A stretch of 64,000 bases of DNA from Spirochaetia bacterium. Lineage in GTDB: Bacteria; Spirochaetota; Spirochaetia; SZUA-6; Bin103. A program made the translations under genes and the position numbers. The notes below the pieces were generated by a model that was not told the DNA's origin, did not search any database, and saw only the letters and a list, made by a program, of their open reading frames with translations. How positions within the stretch are numbered: the first letter of the stretch is position 1; each line of letters opens with the position of its first letter. Positions 42,766-50,917 of the stretch are shown one piece after another. The DNA lies in NCBI GenBank assembly GCA_965198005.1, contig CBDAOI010000004.1, positions 448,001 to 512,000 of the forward strand, in the 5' to 3' direction.

Positions 42766-43674
42766 GTGAGCGCACCGCGGCGCATCCTCAGCACGGCGGC
42801 GAGCACCAATCAGGGGCCGTTCACCGCTGCCGACTGGGCCTTGTTCTGCGCCATCTCGCTGATCTGGGGCGCCTCGTTCCTGTTCATCGACGTCGGCCTG
42901 GAGGCGTTCCGGCCCGGCCTGATCACGTTCCTGCGGGCGGCCAGCGGCGCCGCGCTGCTGTGGCTGATCCCGGCCGCGCGGCGGCGGCCGCTGCAGCCCG
43001 CCGACCGGCCGCGCGTGGTGGTGCTGTCGTTGATCTGGGTGGCGGTGCCGTTCACTCTGTTTCCGCTGGCGCAGCAGTGGGTCAATTCGGCGCTCACGGG
43101 CATGCTCAACGGTGCGATGCCGATGTTCGCGGTGCTGATCGCGACCGCGCTGCTGCAGCGCCTGCCGCGGCCGGTGCAACTGGCCGGCTTGCTGATGGGC
43201 TTGCTTGGCGTCGTCGCCATCGCGCGCTCGTCGGCGGCGGCCGGAGGCAGCAGCGCCCTGGGCGTGGCGCTGATTCTCGGCGCCACCCTGTGTTACGGCG
43301 CCGCCGTGAACCTCGCCGTTCCACTGCAGCAGCGCTACGGCTCGCTGCCGGTGATGGCGCGCGTGCTCGGACTGGCAGCGTTGTGGACGGCGCCCTACGG
43401 CCTGATCGGACTGGCGCGCTCCGGTTTCGGTTGGCCGTCACTGCTCGCGGTGCTGGCCGCCGGCTTCCTGGGTACCGGCGCGGCCTACTGGATCATGGGC
43501 ACCCTGGTCGGCAGGGTCGGCTCGGTGCGCGCCTCGTTCATCACCTACCTGATCCCGGTGGTGGCGCTGCTGCTGGGCGTGCTGCTGCGCGGCGACCGGG
43601 TCGGCGAGCTGGCCGTCGCCGGCGTGGCCCTGGCCACCACCGGCGCCCTGCTGGCCTCCCGCCGCGACCGCTGA
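42766..43674 (+). CDS. EamA/DMT transporter
   Basis: IWGASFLFI, about 10 TM segments, TYLIPVVA. Confidence 0.9.
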   Translation: MSAPRRILSTAASTNQGPFTAADWALFCAISLIWGASFLFIDVGLEAFRPGLITFLRAASGAALLWLIPAARRRPLQPADRPRVVVLSLIWVAVPFTLFPLAQQWVNSALTGMLNGAMPMFAVLIATALLQRLPRPVQLAGLLMGLLGVVAIARSSAAAGGSSALGVALILGATLCYGAAVNLAVPLQQRYGSLPVMARVLGLAALWTAPYGLIGLARSGFGWPSLLAVLAAGFLGTGAAYWIMGTLVGRVGSVRASFITYLIPVVALLLGVLLRGDRVGELAVAGVALATTGALLASRRDR

Positions 43675-43702
43675 CGGAACGGAGTACGCCACGGAGGCGC
43701 GG

Positions 43703-44389
43703 TCAGCGGCGGCCGAGGGCGAAGGGGCTGAAGCGGGTGTCGCGGTCGTAGTGGTCGGCGTGCTCGGTGCGTTTGAGGAAGCGGACCGCGAGGTAGGTGA
43801 GGGGCGTGGCCGCCGCCTCGTAAAGCACCTTCACCGCCCACTGCGACAGCACGGCGGTGAGCATCACGTCGCCGGGAATCACTCCCGCGAAGGCGACGGT
43901 AACGAACACCGCCGAATCGAGCCCCTGGCCGAATATGGTAGAAGTGATGGTGCGCAGCCACAGGTGGCGGCCGGCGGTGCTGAGTTTGAGCTTGGCCAGT
44001 ACGAACGCGTTGAGGAACTCGCCGCCCAGGTAGGCCAGGAACGACGCCGCCAGCAGCCGTGCGGAGAATCCCAGGATCGCGTCGTACGCCGCCTGTCCGT
44101 CCCAGAAGGGCGCGGCCGGGATCAGCCCGCCGAGCGCGATGGCGGCCACCGCCAGCAGGTTGCACAGGAAGCCGATCCAGATCACCCGGCGCGCGGTGGC
44201 GTAGCCGTACACCTCGGTCAGTACGTCGGCGACGATGTAGGACAGGGGAAACAGGATCACCGCCGCCGGCAGCACCAGCGGCCCGGCCGTGACCAGCTTC
44301 ACCGCGATGATGTTCGACACGATCAGCGCGGTCACGAACAGCCCGGTGACCAGCGGCAGCCAGCGGGTCCCGGGCGGCGCGCCGCTCAC
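43703..44389 (-). CDS. yhhQ: Queuosine precursor transporter (VUT family)
   Basis: SNIIAVK, DVLTEVYG, WLRTITSTIFGQGLDS; GTGA overlap with queF. Confidence 0.9.
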   Translation of the reverse strand: MSGAPPGTRWLPLVTGLFVTALIVSNIIAVKLVTAGPLVLPAAVILFPLSYIVADVLTEVYGYATARRVIWIGFLCNLLAVAAIALGGLIPAAPFWDGQAAYDAILGFSARLLAASFLAYLGGEFLNAFVLAKLKLSTAGRHLWLRTITSTIFGQGLDSAVFVTVAFAGVIPGDVMLTAVLSQWAVKVLYEAAATPLTYLAVRFLKRTEHADHYDRDTRFSPFALGRR

Positions 44390-44811
44390 CGCCACTGGTC
44401 CCGCGCCGCCGCGGTGCGCGTGTGCTCGGCCTCCACGGTGATCGCCACCCCGCCGCGGGCGTTGAACACGCCGCTCACCTCGCACCAGTGCGGGGCGCAG
44501 GCCGCCACCAGGTCGTCCAGGATCCGGTTCACCAGGTGCTCGTGGAACACTCCCTCGTCCCGGTACGACCACAGGTACAGCTTGAACGACTTCGATTCCA
44601 CCACGCGCGCGTCGGGGACGTAGCGGACCCGGATCTCGGCGAAGTCCGGCTGTCCGGTGAGCGGGCACACGCAGGTGAACTCGGCCGACCCGATCCGCAC
44701 CAGGTAGTACCGGTCGCGCGCGCGGTTGGGGAACGTCTCCAGCCGCTTGGACGGCGCCGCCCGCGCACCGAGAATGGTCAGCCCCTGAGTTTCAGCCTCA
44801 GCCACGGGCAT
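44386..44811 (-). CDS. queF: preQ0 reductase QueF (type I)
   Basis: EFTCVCPLTGQPDF, ESKSFKLYL, FHE. Confidence 0.92.
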   Translation of the reverse strand: MPVAEAETQGLTILGARAAPSKRLETFPNRARDRYYLVRIGSAEFTCVCPLTGQPDFAEIRVRYVPDARVVESKSFKLYLWSYRDEGVFHEHLVNRILDDLVAACAPHWCEVSGVFNARGGVAITVEAEHTRTAAARDQWR

Positions 44812-44955
44812 CACCATAGGCCGGCGGCCCAGTGCGTGTCGACCGAATCACCGGTCAGGCAGTGCCACGCCTGCGCGGCGCCAGCGTGCGGTAAGCGACT
44901 CCACGCCGCCCAAGCCGCGCGCGGCCGCCTGTTGCCCGGCGCGCGGCCAGTGCGT

Positions 44956-45765
44956 ATGATCGGGCCAACGGCGGTGCAGGAACCGCCGGATGTTTTGGCA
45001 CTTCCGCAAGCGGCGACGTTCTCCGAAGGCGACCTCGACTACATCATGAACTCGCTGGCTACCGCGGCTGGCGAGCGCGTCAGGCTGGCGCGCGCCATTC
45101 GCGAAGATCGCGAGATCCGCGCCGCCGTGCTCGCCGACGACCGCCTGATTCGTGCCCTGCTGGCGCATGACGAGGCATTCGCCAATGTGTCCAGCCATCT
45201 GTTCTTTACGGTGCTGGTGCTGCGCGCGCGCCGTGATCTGCAGGCACGGGGCTATACCCTGGAGCGCGAAGGCGACTTTACCATGCCGGTGTTCGACAGC
45301 GACGCGGTGTGCGCATTCCTGGGATCTGAGCGGATCCGCAACTACCTGGTCGGCGTGCTCGGGACGTTCGTGAAGACCGGTCAACGCTGGGTGCTGGTGC
45401 GCCGGCGCGACGGCCGGCTGCGGCGCCTGCGGGTGAACGACCTCGACCTGGGCGGCCTGATCCGCTACTGCGGGGCGCTGCAGGAGGAGCACCGGTTCGA
45501 GCTGTACCGCCATATCGGCGACCTGTGCCTGTTCGCGTCCGGCGTGTTTGCGGCGAAGCGGATCTGGGGCCACAGCGCCGCCACCTGGGTGGAGCAGGGG
45601 ATTGTCTACTACGGCCGCGCGGCCGGTCATCGCTACGCGGGCGAGGGCGGCCTGGGGGAGACGCTGGGCGCGTTCGCGGACAACTTCGGCCTGGCGGTAA
45701 AGCCGTTGCGCCTGATCGCCGAGCGCTACCTCGGTCCGCTGAAAGACGCCGTGTTCGGCGGCTGA
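44956..45765 (+). CDS. Conserved hypothetical protein
   Basis: Coding-like GC3 bias; HIGDLCLFASGVF motif; upstream of the CNNM gene. Confidence 0.7.
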   Translation: MIGPTAVQEPPDVLALPQAATFSEGDLDYIMNSLATAAGERVRLARAIREDREIRAAVLADDRLIRALLAHDEAFANVSSHLFFTVLVLRARRDLQARGYTLEREGDFTMPVFDSDAVCAFLGSERIRNYLVGVLGTFVKTGQRWVLVRRRDGRLRRLRVNDLDLGGLIRYCGALQEEHRFELYRHIGDLCLFASGVFAAKRIWGHSAATWVEQGIVYYGRAAGHRYAGEGGLGETLGAFADNFGLAVKPLRLIAERYLGPLKDAVFGG

Positions 45766-45780
45766 TTCCCGGAACCGTCG

Positions 45781-46860
45781 ATGCTGTTCCTGCTGATCCT
45801 GTTCGCCGCAACGCTCGGGCTTTCGTTTCTGTGCTCGATCCTGGAGGCGGTGATCCTGAGCGTCACGCCCACCTACGTCGCCGCCCTGGAGAAGAAAGAG
45901 CCGCGCGTCGGCGCCCTGCTGGCCCGCTTCAAGCGCGACGCCGACCGGCCGCTGGCTGCCATTCTGGCGTTGAACACCATCGCCAACACCGCCGGCGCTA
46001 CCGGTGTCGGCGCCCAGGCGCTGGCGGTGTTCGGCCGCCCGTGGGTCGGGATCGTGTCGGCACTCTTGACGTTGCTGGTCCTGTTCGTGTCCGAGATCAT
46101 CCCCAAGACGATCGGGGCCACCCATTGGCGGTCGCTGGCGCAGTTTGCGACGTACACCACCAACGGCCTGATCTACGCGCTGTACCCGTTCGTGCTCGGC
46201 GGCGGCTTCGTGCGCCGGTTGCTGCAGCGCAACCGCCGGCCCCCGGCGCGGGTGAGCGAGGACGAGGTGCAGGCGATGGTCGAGCTGGGGAGCGCCGAGG
46301 GGGTGCTGCGTGACAGCGAATCGCGCGTGCTCACCAACGTGATCCGGTTCGGGTCGCTGCGCGTGCGCGCGATCATGACGCCGCGTACGGTGGTGGTGGC
46401 GTTCCCGGAAGAAACCACCGTGGGGGAGTTGATGGCCCGCACGGCGGCGCACCGTTTCTCACGGATTCCGATCTATACCGGCGACGTCGACACCGTGACC
46501 GGCTACGTCCTGATGAACGACGTGCTGTTGAGCGCCGCCGAGGGCCATCCCGACCGCGGGATCGTCGCGCTGCGCCGCGCGATTCGGATGGTGCCCGACA
46601 CGCAACTGCTGCGCGACCTGTTTACCGGGTTTCTCGACCGCCGCGACCACATCGCGGTGCTGGTCGACCAGTACGGCGGGACGGCCGGCATCGTGACCAT
46701 GGAGGACGTGGTGGAGACGCTGTTGGGACTGGAGATCGTGGACGAATCGGACACCGAGATCGACATGCAGATGGAGGCCCGGCGGCAGTGGCAGCGCCGG
46801 GCGCAGCAGATGGGAATCGCCGACCCGGTCGAGCCGGAGCCCGAGGGCGATGCGGTCTGA
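45781..46860 (+). CDS. CNNM (DUF21)-CBS membrane protein
   Basis: SFLCSILEA, SEIIPKT, FSRIPIY, VDQYGGTAGIVTMEDVVE. Confidence 0.93.
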   Translation: MLFLLILFAATLGLSFLCSILEAVILSVTPTYVAALEKKEPRVGALLARFKRDADRPLAAILALNTIANTAGATGVGAQALAVFGRPWVGIVSALLTLLVLFVSEIIPKTIGATHWRSLAQFATYTTNGLIYALYPFVLGGGFVRRLLQRNRRPPARVSEDEVQAMVELGSAEGVLRDSESRVLTNVIRFGSLRVRAIMTPRTVVVAFPEETTVGELMARTAAHRFSRIPIYTGDVDTVTGYVLMNDVLLSAAEGHPDRGIVALRRAIRMVPDTQLLRDLFTGFLDRRDHIAVLVDQYGGTAGIVTMEDVVETLLGLEIVDESDTEIDMQMEARRQWQRRAQQMGIADPVEPEPEGDAV

Positions 46861-46874
46861 CGGCTTCCCTTGGG

Positions 46875-46889
46875 CTTTGTAGAACAAAG
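46875..46889. promoter_or_regulatory. Palindromic operator candidate CTTTG-N5-CAAAG
   Basis: Inverted repeat in the AT-rich gap upstream of the wHTH-uppS unit. Confidence 0.55.
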
Positions 46890-46930
46890 TACTTGATGAA
46901 GCGCGCGTGGCGTGCTATTTTCGTGGTTGT

Positions 46931-47023
46931 ATGCTGAGTACGCTGTCGCAGGCTCCGGACCGCGCCGCCGAGGACCTGCAGTTCATTCGTCACGTGATGG
47001 AGCGCCGGCGCCACGGGGGCTGA
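46931..47023 (+). pseudogene. 30-aa mini-ORF, probable internally deleted membrane-protein gene
   Basis: MLSTLSQAPDRAAEDLQFIRHVMERRRHGG*. Confidence 0.5.
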
Positions 47024-47026
47024 CCG

Positions 47027-47392
47027 ATGCTCCGCACCGCACCCGCCGCCGCCCATCTGCTGGAGGTGATCCAGGGGCTGACCACACCCGCCGAGCCGGG
47101 CCTCGACCCGCTGATCCACGAGCGCACCAGGCTGGCCATCATGAGCACGCTGGCCGTGGTCGAGACGATCAGCTTCGGTCAGCTCAAGCGGATGCTGGGC
47201 ACCACCGACGGCAATTTGAGCGTGCACGCGCGCAAGCTGGAGCAGGTCGGTTACGTGGCCGTCACCAAGCGCTTCGACGGCCGCGTGCCGCGTACGACGT
47301 TCCGGCTTACGACCGCCGGTCAGGCGGCGTTGAACGGTTATCTGGGATACATGGAAAGCTTGATCGCAGCGATGAAGGTGGAAGCTTCGTGA
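47027..47392 (+). CDS. Winged-helix transcriptional regulator (HTH_34-like)
   Basis: LDPLIHERTRLAIMS...TDGNLSVHARKLE. Confidence 0.9.
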   Translation: MLRTAPAAAHLLEVIQGLTTPAEPGLDPLIHERTRLAIMSTLAVVETISFGQLKRMLGTTDGNLSVHARKLEQVGYVAVTKRFDGRVPRTTFRLTTAGQAALNGYLGYMESLIAAMKVEAS

Positions 47393-48315
47393 TGGGCGCG
47401 CGACACCACAAGGCAACGGATAACGGCGCAAATGGCGCGAACGGCGTGAAGGGCGCCGCCAACGGGGTCCTCGACGGTGCTGCAAACGGCGCCGCCAATG
47501 GCGCGGCGCACGGCGCGCGCAATGGGTGGCCGGTGCGGTCCGGCGCTACGGGACTGCACGTCGGCATCATCATGGATGGCAACGGACGCTGGGCGGCCGG
47601 CCGGGGCCAGAACCGCTACTACGGCCATCGCGCCGGTGCGCGTGCCGTGCGCGACTGTGTGCGTGCGGCGCCCGATCTGGGGATCCGGATTCTCACGCTG
47701 TATGCGTTCTCCGCCAACAACTGGAAGCGGCCGGAGCCGGAGGTCAGGCTGCTGCTGCGGCTGTTCGAGCGCTATCTCCACGACGAGTTGCGCGAGTGCG
47801 TCGACAATGGCGTGCGGCTGCAGGTGATCGGCCGCCGCGATCGGCTGGGCCCCTCACTGCTTCACGCGATCGCCACCGCCGAGCGGGTGACCGGAGACGG
47901 CCAACGGCTGCTGCTGCGGGTGGCGATCGACTACTCGGCGCGGCACGCGATCATGGCGGCCGCGGCTCGCCTCGGCGTGGCCGCGGACGGCGGCCGATCG
48001 GCAAGCGCCGCGGGATTCGGGGAGCTGGTTGCCGGTGGTCCCGGCACGGGCGGCCCGTTCGCTGGGGCCGATCAGGGCGAGGTCGACCTGATCATCCGCA
48101 CCGGCGGGGAGCAGCGGCTCAGCGACTTCCTGCTGTGGGAGGCGGCCTACGCGGAACTGTACTTCACCGACGTGATGTGGCCGGAGTTCGGACGCCACCA
48201 CCTGCAGGCCGCGGTCGCGGAATTCCACCACCGTGAGCGCCGGTTCGGGTGTATCAACGCTCCCGCGCCGCGTGCGGCACCGGCCGCCGCGCTGTCCGCC
48301 GGCGCGAGCCGGTAA
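47392..48315 (+). CDS. uppS: Polyprenyl diphosphate synthase (cis-prenyltransferase)
   Basis: HVGIIMDGNGRWA, FSANNWKRP, IRTGGEQRLSDFLLW. Confidence 0.93.
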   Translation: MGARHHKATDNGANGANGVKGAANGVLDGAANGAANGAAHGARNGWPVRSGATGLHVGIIMDGNGRWAAGRGQNRYYGHRAGARAVRDCVRAAPDLGIRILTLYAFSANNWKRPEPEVRLLLRLFERYLHDELRECVDNGVRLQVIGRRDRLGPSLLHAIATAERVTGDGQRLLLRVAIDYSARHAIMAAAARLGVAADGGRSASAAGFGELVAGGPGTGGPFAGADQGEVDLIIRTGGEQRLSDFLLWEAAYAELYFTDVMWPEFGRHHLQAAVAEFHHRERRFGCINAPAPRAAPAAALSAGASR

Positions 48316-48388
48316 GCGCCTGCGCGTCCTGAGCACGAGAGCACCCGCGCCGCTTGACGCTGTTCGCCAGCGTCACTATGTTAGCGGC

Positions 48389-48811
48389 ATGTCGTACGAC
48401 CCCGTTCTCGTGCAACCGATGCGCGATGACCTCACCGAGGCAGGTATCCGCGAGCTGACCACCGCCGACGAGGTGGACCGGTTTCTGGCCGACAGGACCG
48501 GCTCCGCCATGATCGTGATCAATTCGGTCTGTGGCTGTGCCGCCGGCAGTGCGCGTCCGGGTATCAAGCTGGCGCTCCGCCATGAGCTGACGCCGGACCG
48601 CGTCGCCACCGTGTTCGCCGGTCAGGACCTCGAGGCCACTGCCCAGGTACGCAGCTATTTCGCCCGTATCCCCCCGAGCAGCCCGTCGGTAGCGCTGTTC
48701 CGGGAAGGTGAGCTGGTGTTCATGTACCCCCGGCACCAGATCGAAGGCCGCCGGCCGCAGGTGATCGCCTCCGACCTGGTGGAGGCGTTCGACGAGCACC
48801 TGTCCGCCTGA
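48389..48811 (+). CDS. BrxA/BrxB-family bacilliredoxin
   Basis: VQPMR, NSVCGCAAG, TVFAGQD, PSSPS. Confidence 0.9.
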   Translation: MSYDPVLVQPMRDDLTEAGIRELTTADEVDRFLADRTGSAMIVINSVCGCAAGSARPGIKLALRHELTPDRVATVFAGQDLEATAQVRSYFARIPPSSPSVALFREGELVFMYPRHQIEGRRPQVIASDLVEAFDEHLSA

Positions 48812-48849
48812 CGCGCGCGCGTCAGGCAGGTGGCGACGACCGGTTGGCG

Positions 48850-49152
48850 ATGACCACCCGACACGCGGCCAAGGGTGACCTGCACGGTATTACCGTGGTG
48901 GTCGATACCTCCGGCGCCGAGTTGTTCATCGGCCGGTTCTTCGAGCAGCGCGCGGAGGGCATCGTTCTGCTGGACGTTGCGCGCCACGTCGATACTGCGG
49001 ATGGGCCGTCGAAGGCGGAGTACGTCCGTAGCGCGGCGCGCTACGGACAATGGAAGGAGATGGATCGGGTAGTGGTGCCGTCGCCGGTCGTGCGCTCGGT
49101 CACCCGACTGGCTGACGCCGTCTCGGCCGACTTCGCACCACCTCGCGGCTGA
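48850..49152 (+). CDS. Hypothetical protein
   Basis: Fills the operon gap; coding-like composition. Confidence 0.65.
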   Translation: MTTRHAAKGDLHGITVVVDTSGAELFIGRFFEQRAEGIVLLDVARHVDTADGPSKAEYVRSAARYGQWKEMDRVVVPSPVVRSVTRLADAVSADFAPPRG

Positions 49153-49163
49153 CGGTCTGTCCG

Positions 49164-49775
49164 ATGCGACGGGCTCCCGGCGGGCTGCGTCCGCTGCTCT
49201 TTTTCGCCGTGACCCTGGCCGTAACCACCTGCACCCGCGAGCCCGAAGTGCGCGAATACGACGAAGTCGTAATCCGCACCTCTCCGGTGGAGTCCGCGTT
49301 CGACGGCAGCGCCGCCGCCATGACGGCCCCTGCGCCGCTGGTGTGGCAGACGCCGCCGGCGTGGCGGGAGTTGCCGGGCGACAGCATCCGGCTGGCCACC
49401 TTCCTGCTGGAGCGGGGGGAAGCGCGCGCCGAGACTACGGTGGTGATGCTCGGGGGCGCCGCCGGCGGCGTGGAGGCCAACGTCGTGCGCTGGCTCGATC
49501 AGCTCGGCCTGACCCTGCCCGGAGAGGATCTGGAAGCGTTTCTGGCCGCCGGCGAGCCGGTGTCCGGCGACCGCGGGCTGCGGCTCACGCTGTATGACTT
49601 TACCGGCCTGAGGGCGCCGCAGGGGGTGTCGATGCTGGTCGCCGTGGGCCCGGTGCTGGACCAGACCCTGTTCGTGAAGATGTCCGGTGACGGGGCGCTG
49701 GTCGCCGCGGCGCGGTCCGACTTCGTCGGGCTGGTACGCAGCCTGGGGCTGGCTGCGGGGAGCGCCGCCTCGTGA
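49164..49775 (+). CDS. Exported/lipoprotein-like hypothetical protein coupled to cytochrome c biogenesis genes
   Basis: Signal-like N-terminus ending in Cys; GGVEANVVRW; GTGA overlap with the next gene. Confidence 0.7.
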   Translation: MRRAPGGLRPLLFFAVTLAVTTCTREPEVREYDEVVIRTSPVESAFDGSAAAMTAPAPLVWQTPPAWRELPGDSIRLATFLLERGEARAETTVVMLGGAAGGVEANVVRWLDQLGLTLPGEDLEAFLAAGEPVSGDRGLRLTLYDFTGLRAPQGVSMLVAVGPVLDQTLFVKMSGDGALVAAARSDFVGLVRSLGLAAGSAAS

Positions 49776-50917
49776 TCGCTCAGGCGCTCAAACGCTACCC
49801 GGTCGTGCGCGCGCTGGTGGACCTGCGCGTGACCGTGGTGTGCCTCGCGTTGCTGTTCCTGCTCACCTTCCTGGGTACCTTGCACCAAGTCACGGACGGG
49901 CTGTATTCGGCGCAGAAGAAGTACTTCGAATCATTCCTCACCCTCGTCGGAGGGTTCATCCCCCTGCCCGGCGCGCAACTCGTGCTGTGGGTGCTGTTCG
50001 TCAACCTGGTGGCGGCGACCGTCGTCCGGTTTGCCTACACGGTGAAGCGGATCGGGATCCTGATCATCCACGGCGGCCTGTTCGCCCTGTTCTTCGGCAT
50101 GTTCTTCACCCAGTATTTCGCCCAGGAGTCGTTCCTGTCGATGCTGGAGGGCGAGGGTGGGAACGTCACTACCGACTACTTCGAGTGGGAGGTGGCGGTC
50201 TGGGATCCGAGTGCGGCAACGCGGCGGGTGGCGGCCGTGGACGCCGCCGATTTCGCGGCCGGCAACGCGGTGGCTGTTCCGCGCTACGGCCTCGAGCTGC
50301 GCGCCCTGGACCACTACCGGAATGCCCAGGCCTTTACGCGCGCCGGCGGCGAACCGGTACGCTGGATCAATGGCTCGGGCATCGGCCGGCTGGAGGAGGT
50401 CAGGGCGTCGTCCGATCCCCAGAAGAACTTCCCGGGAATGCTGCTCACCGCCGATCTGGCCGCCGGCGGCAGCGCCGGCCTGCTGCTGTACGGCGCCGAC
50501 CTGGCCCCGGCCGCGCTGCCGGTCGGCAATCGCCGGCTGGCGGTGTCGCTGCGGCGCAAGCACTACCGCATGCCCCTGATCCTGACCCTGGACGACTTTC
50601 GTGCCGAGTTCCACCCCAACTCCGATACGCCGCGCAGCTTCGAGAGCGACGTCACCCTGCGCACCCCCGAGTTCACGCGCAGCGTCCGGATCTCGATGAA
50701 CAAGCCGCTGCGGCACGCCGGCTATACCTTCTATCAGGCGTCCTACGCCATCGACGCCACCGGACAGGAGACGTCGACCCTGGCCGTGGTGCACAATCGC
50801 AGCCGCGTGGTGCCCTACTTCGGCACGCTGATCGTAGGGGTGGGACTGGTGGTGCACTTCGTGCAGACCCTGATCCTGCGCCGCCGCCGCGCGCTGCGGG
50901 AGCGCACTGATGGGTAG
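49772..50917 (+). CDS. ResB/Ccs1-like cytochrome c biogenesis protein
   Basis: LIIHGG, ISMNKPLRHAGYTFYQAS. Confidence 0.85.
   Translation: MIAQALKRYPVVRALVDLRVTVVCLALLFLLTFLGTLHQVTDGLYSAQKKYFESFLTLVGGFIPLPGAQLVLWVLFVNLVAATVVRFAYTVKRIGILIIHGGLFALFFGMFFTQYFAQESFLSMLEGEGGNVTTDYFEWEVAVWDPSAATRRVAAVDAADFAAGNAVAVPRYGLELRALDHYRNAQAFTRAGGEPVRWINGSGIGRLEEVRASSDPQKNFPGMLLTADLAAGGSAGLLLYGADLAPAALPVGNRRLAVSLRRKHYRMPLILTLDDFRAEFHPNSDTPRSFESDVTLRTPEFTRSVRISMNKPLRHAGYTFYQASYAIDATGQETSTLAVVHNRSRVVPYFGTLIVGVGLVVHFVQTLILRRRRALRERTDG

Noticed and set aside
44812-44955. preQ1 riboswitch upstream of queF
   Set aside because: No preQ1-I stem-loop with an A-rich tail is visible.
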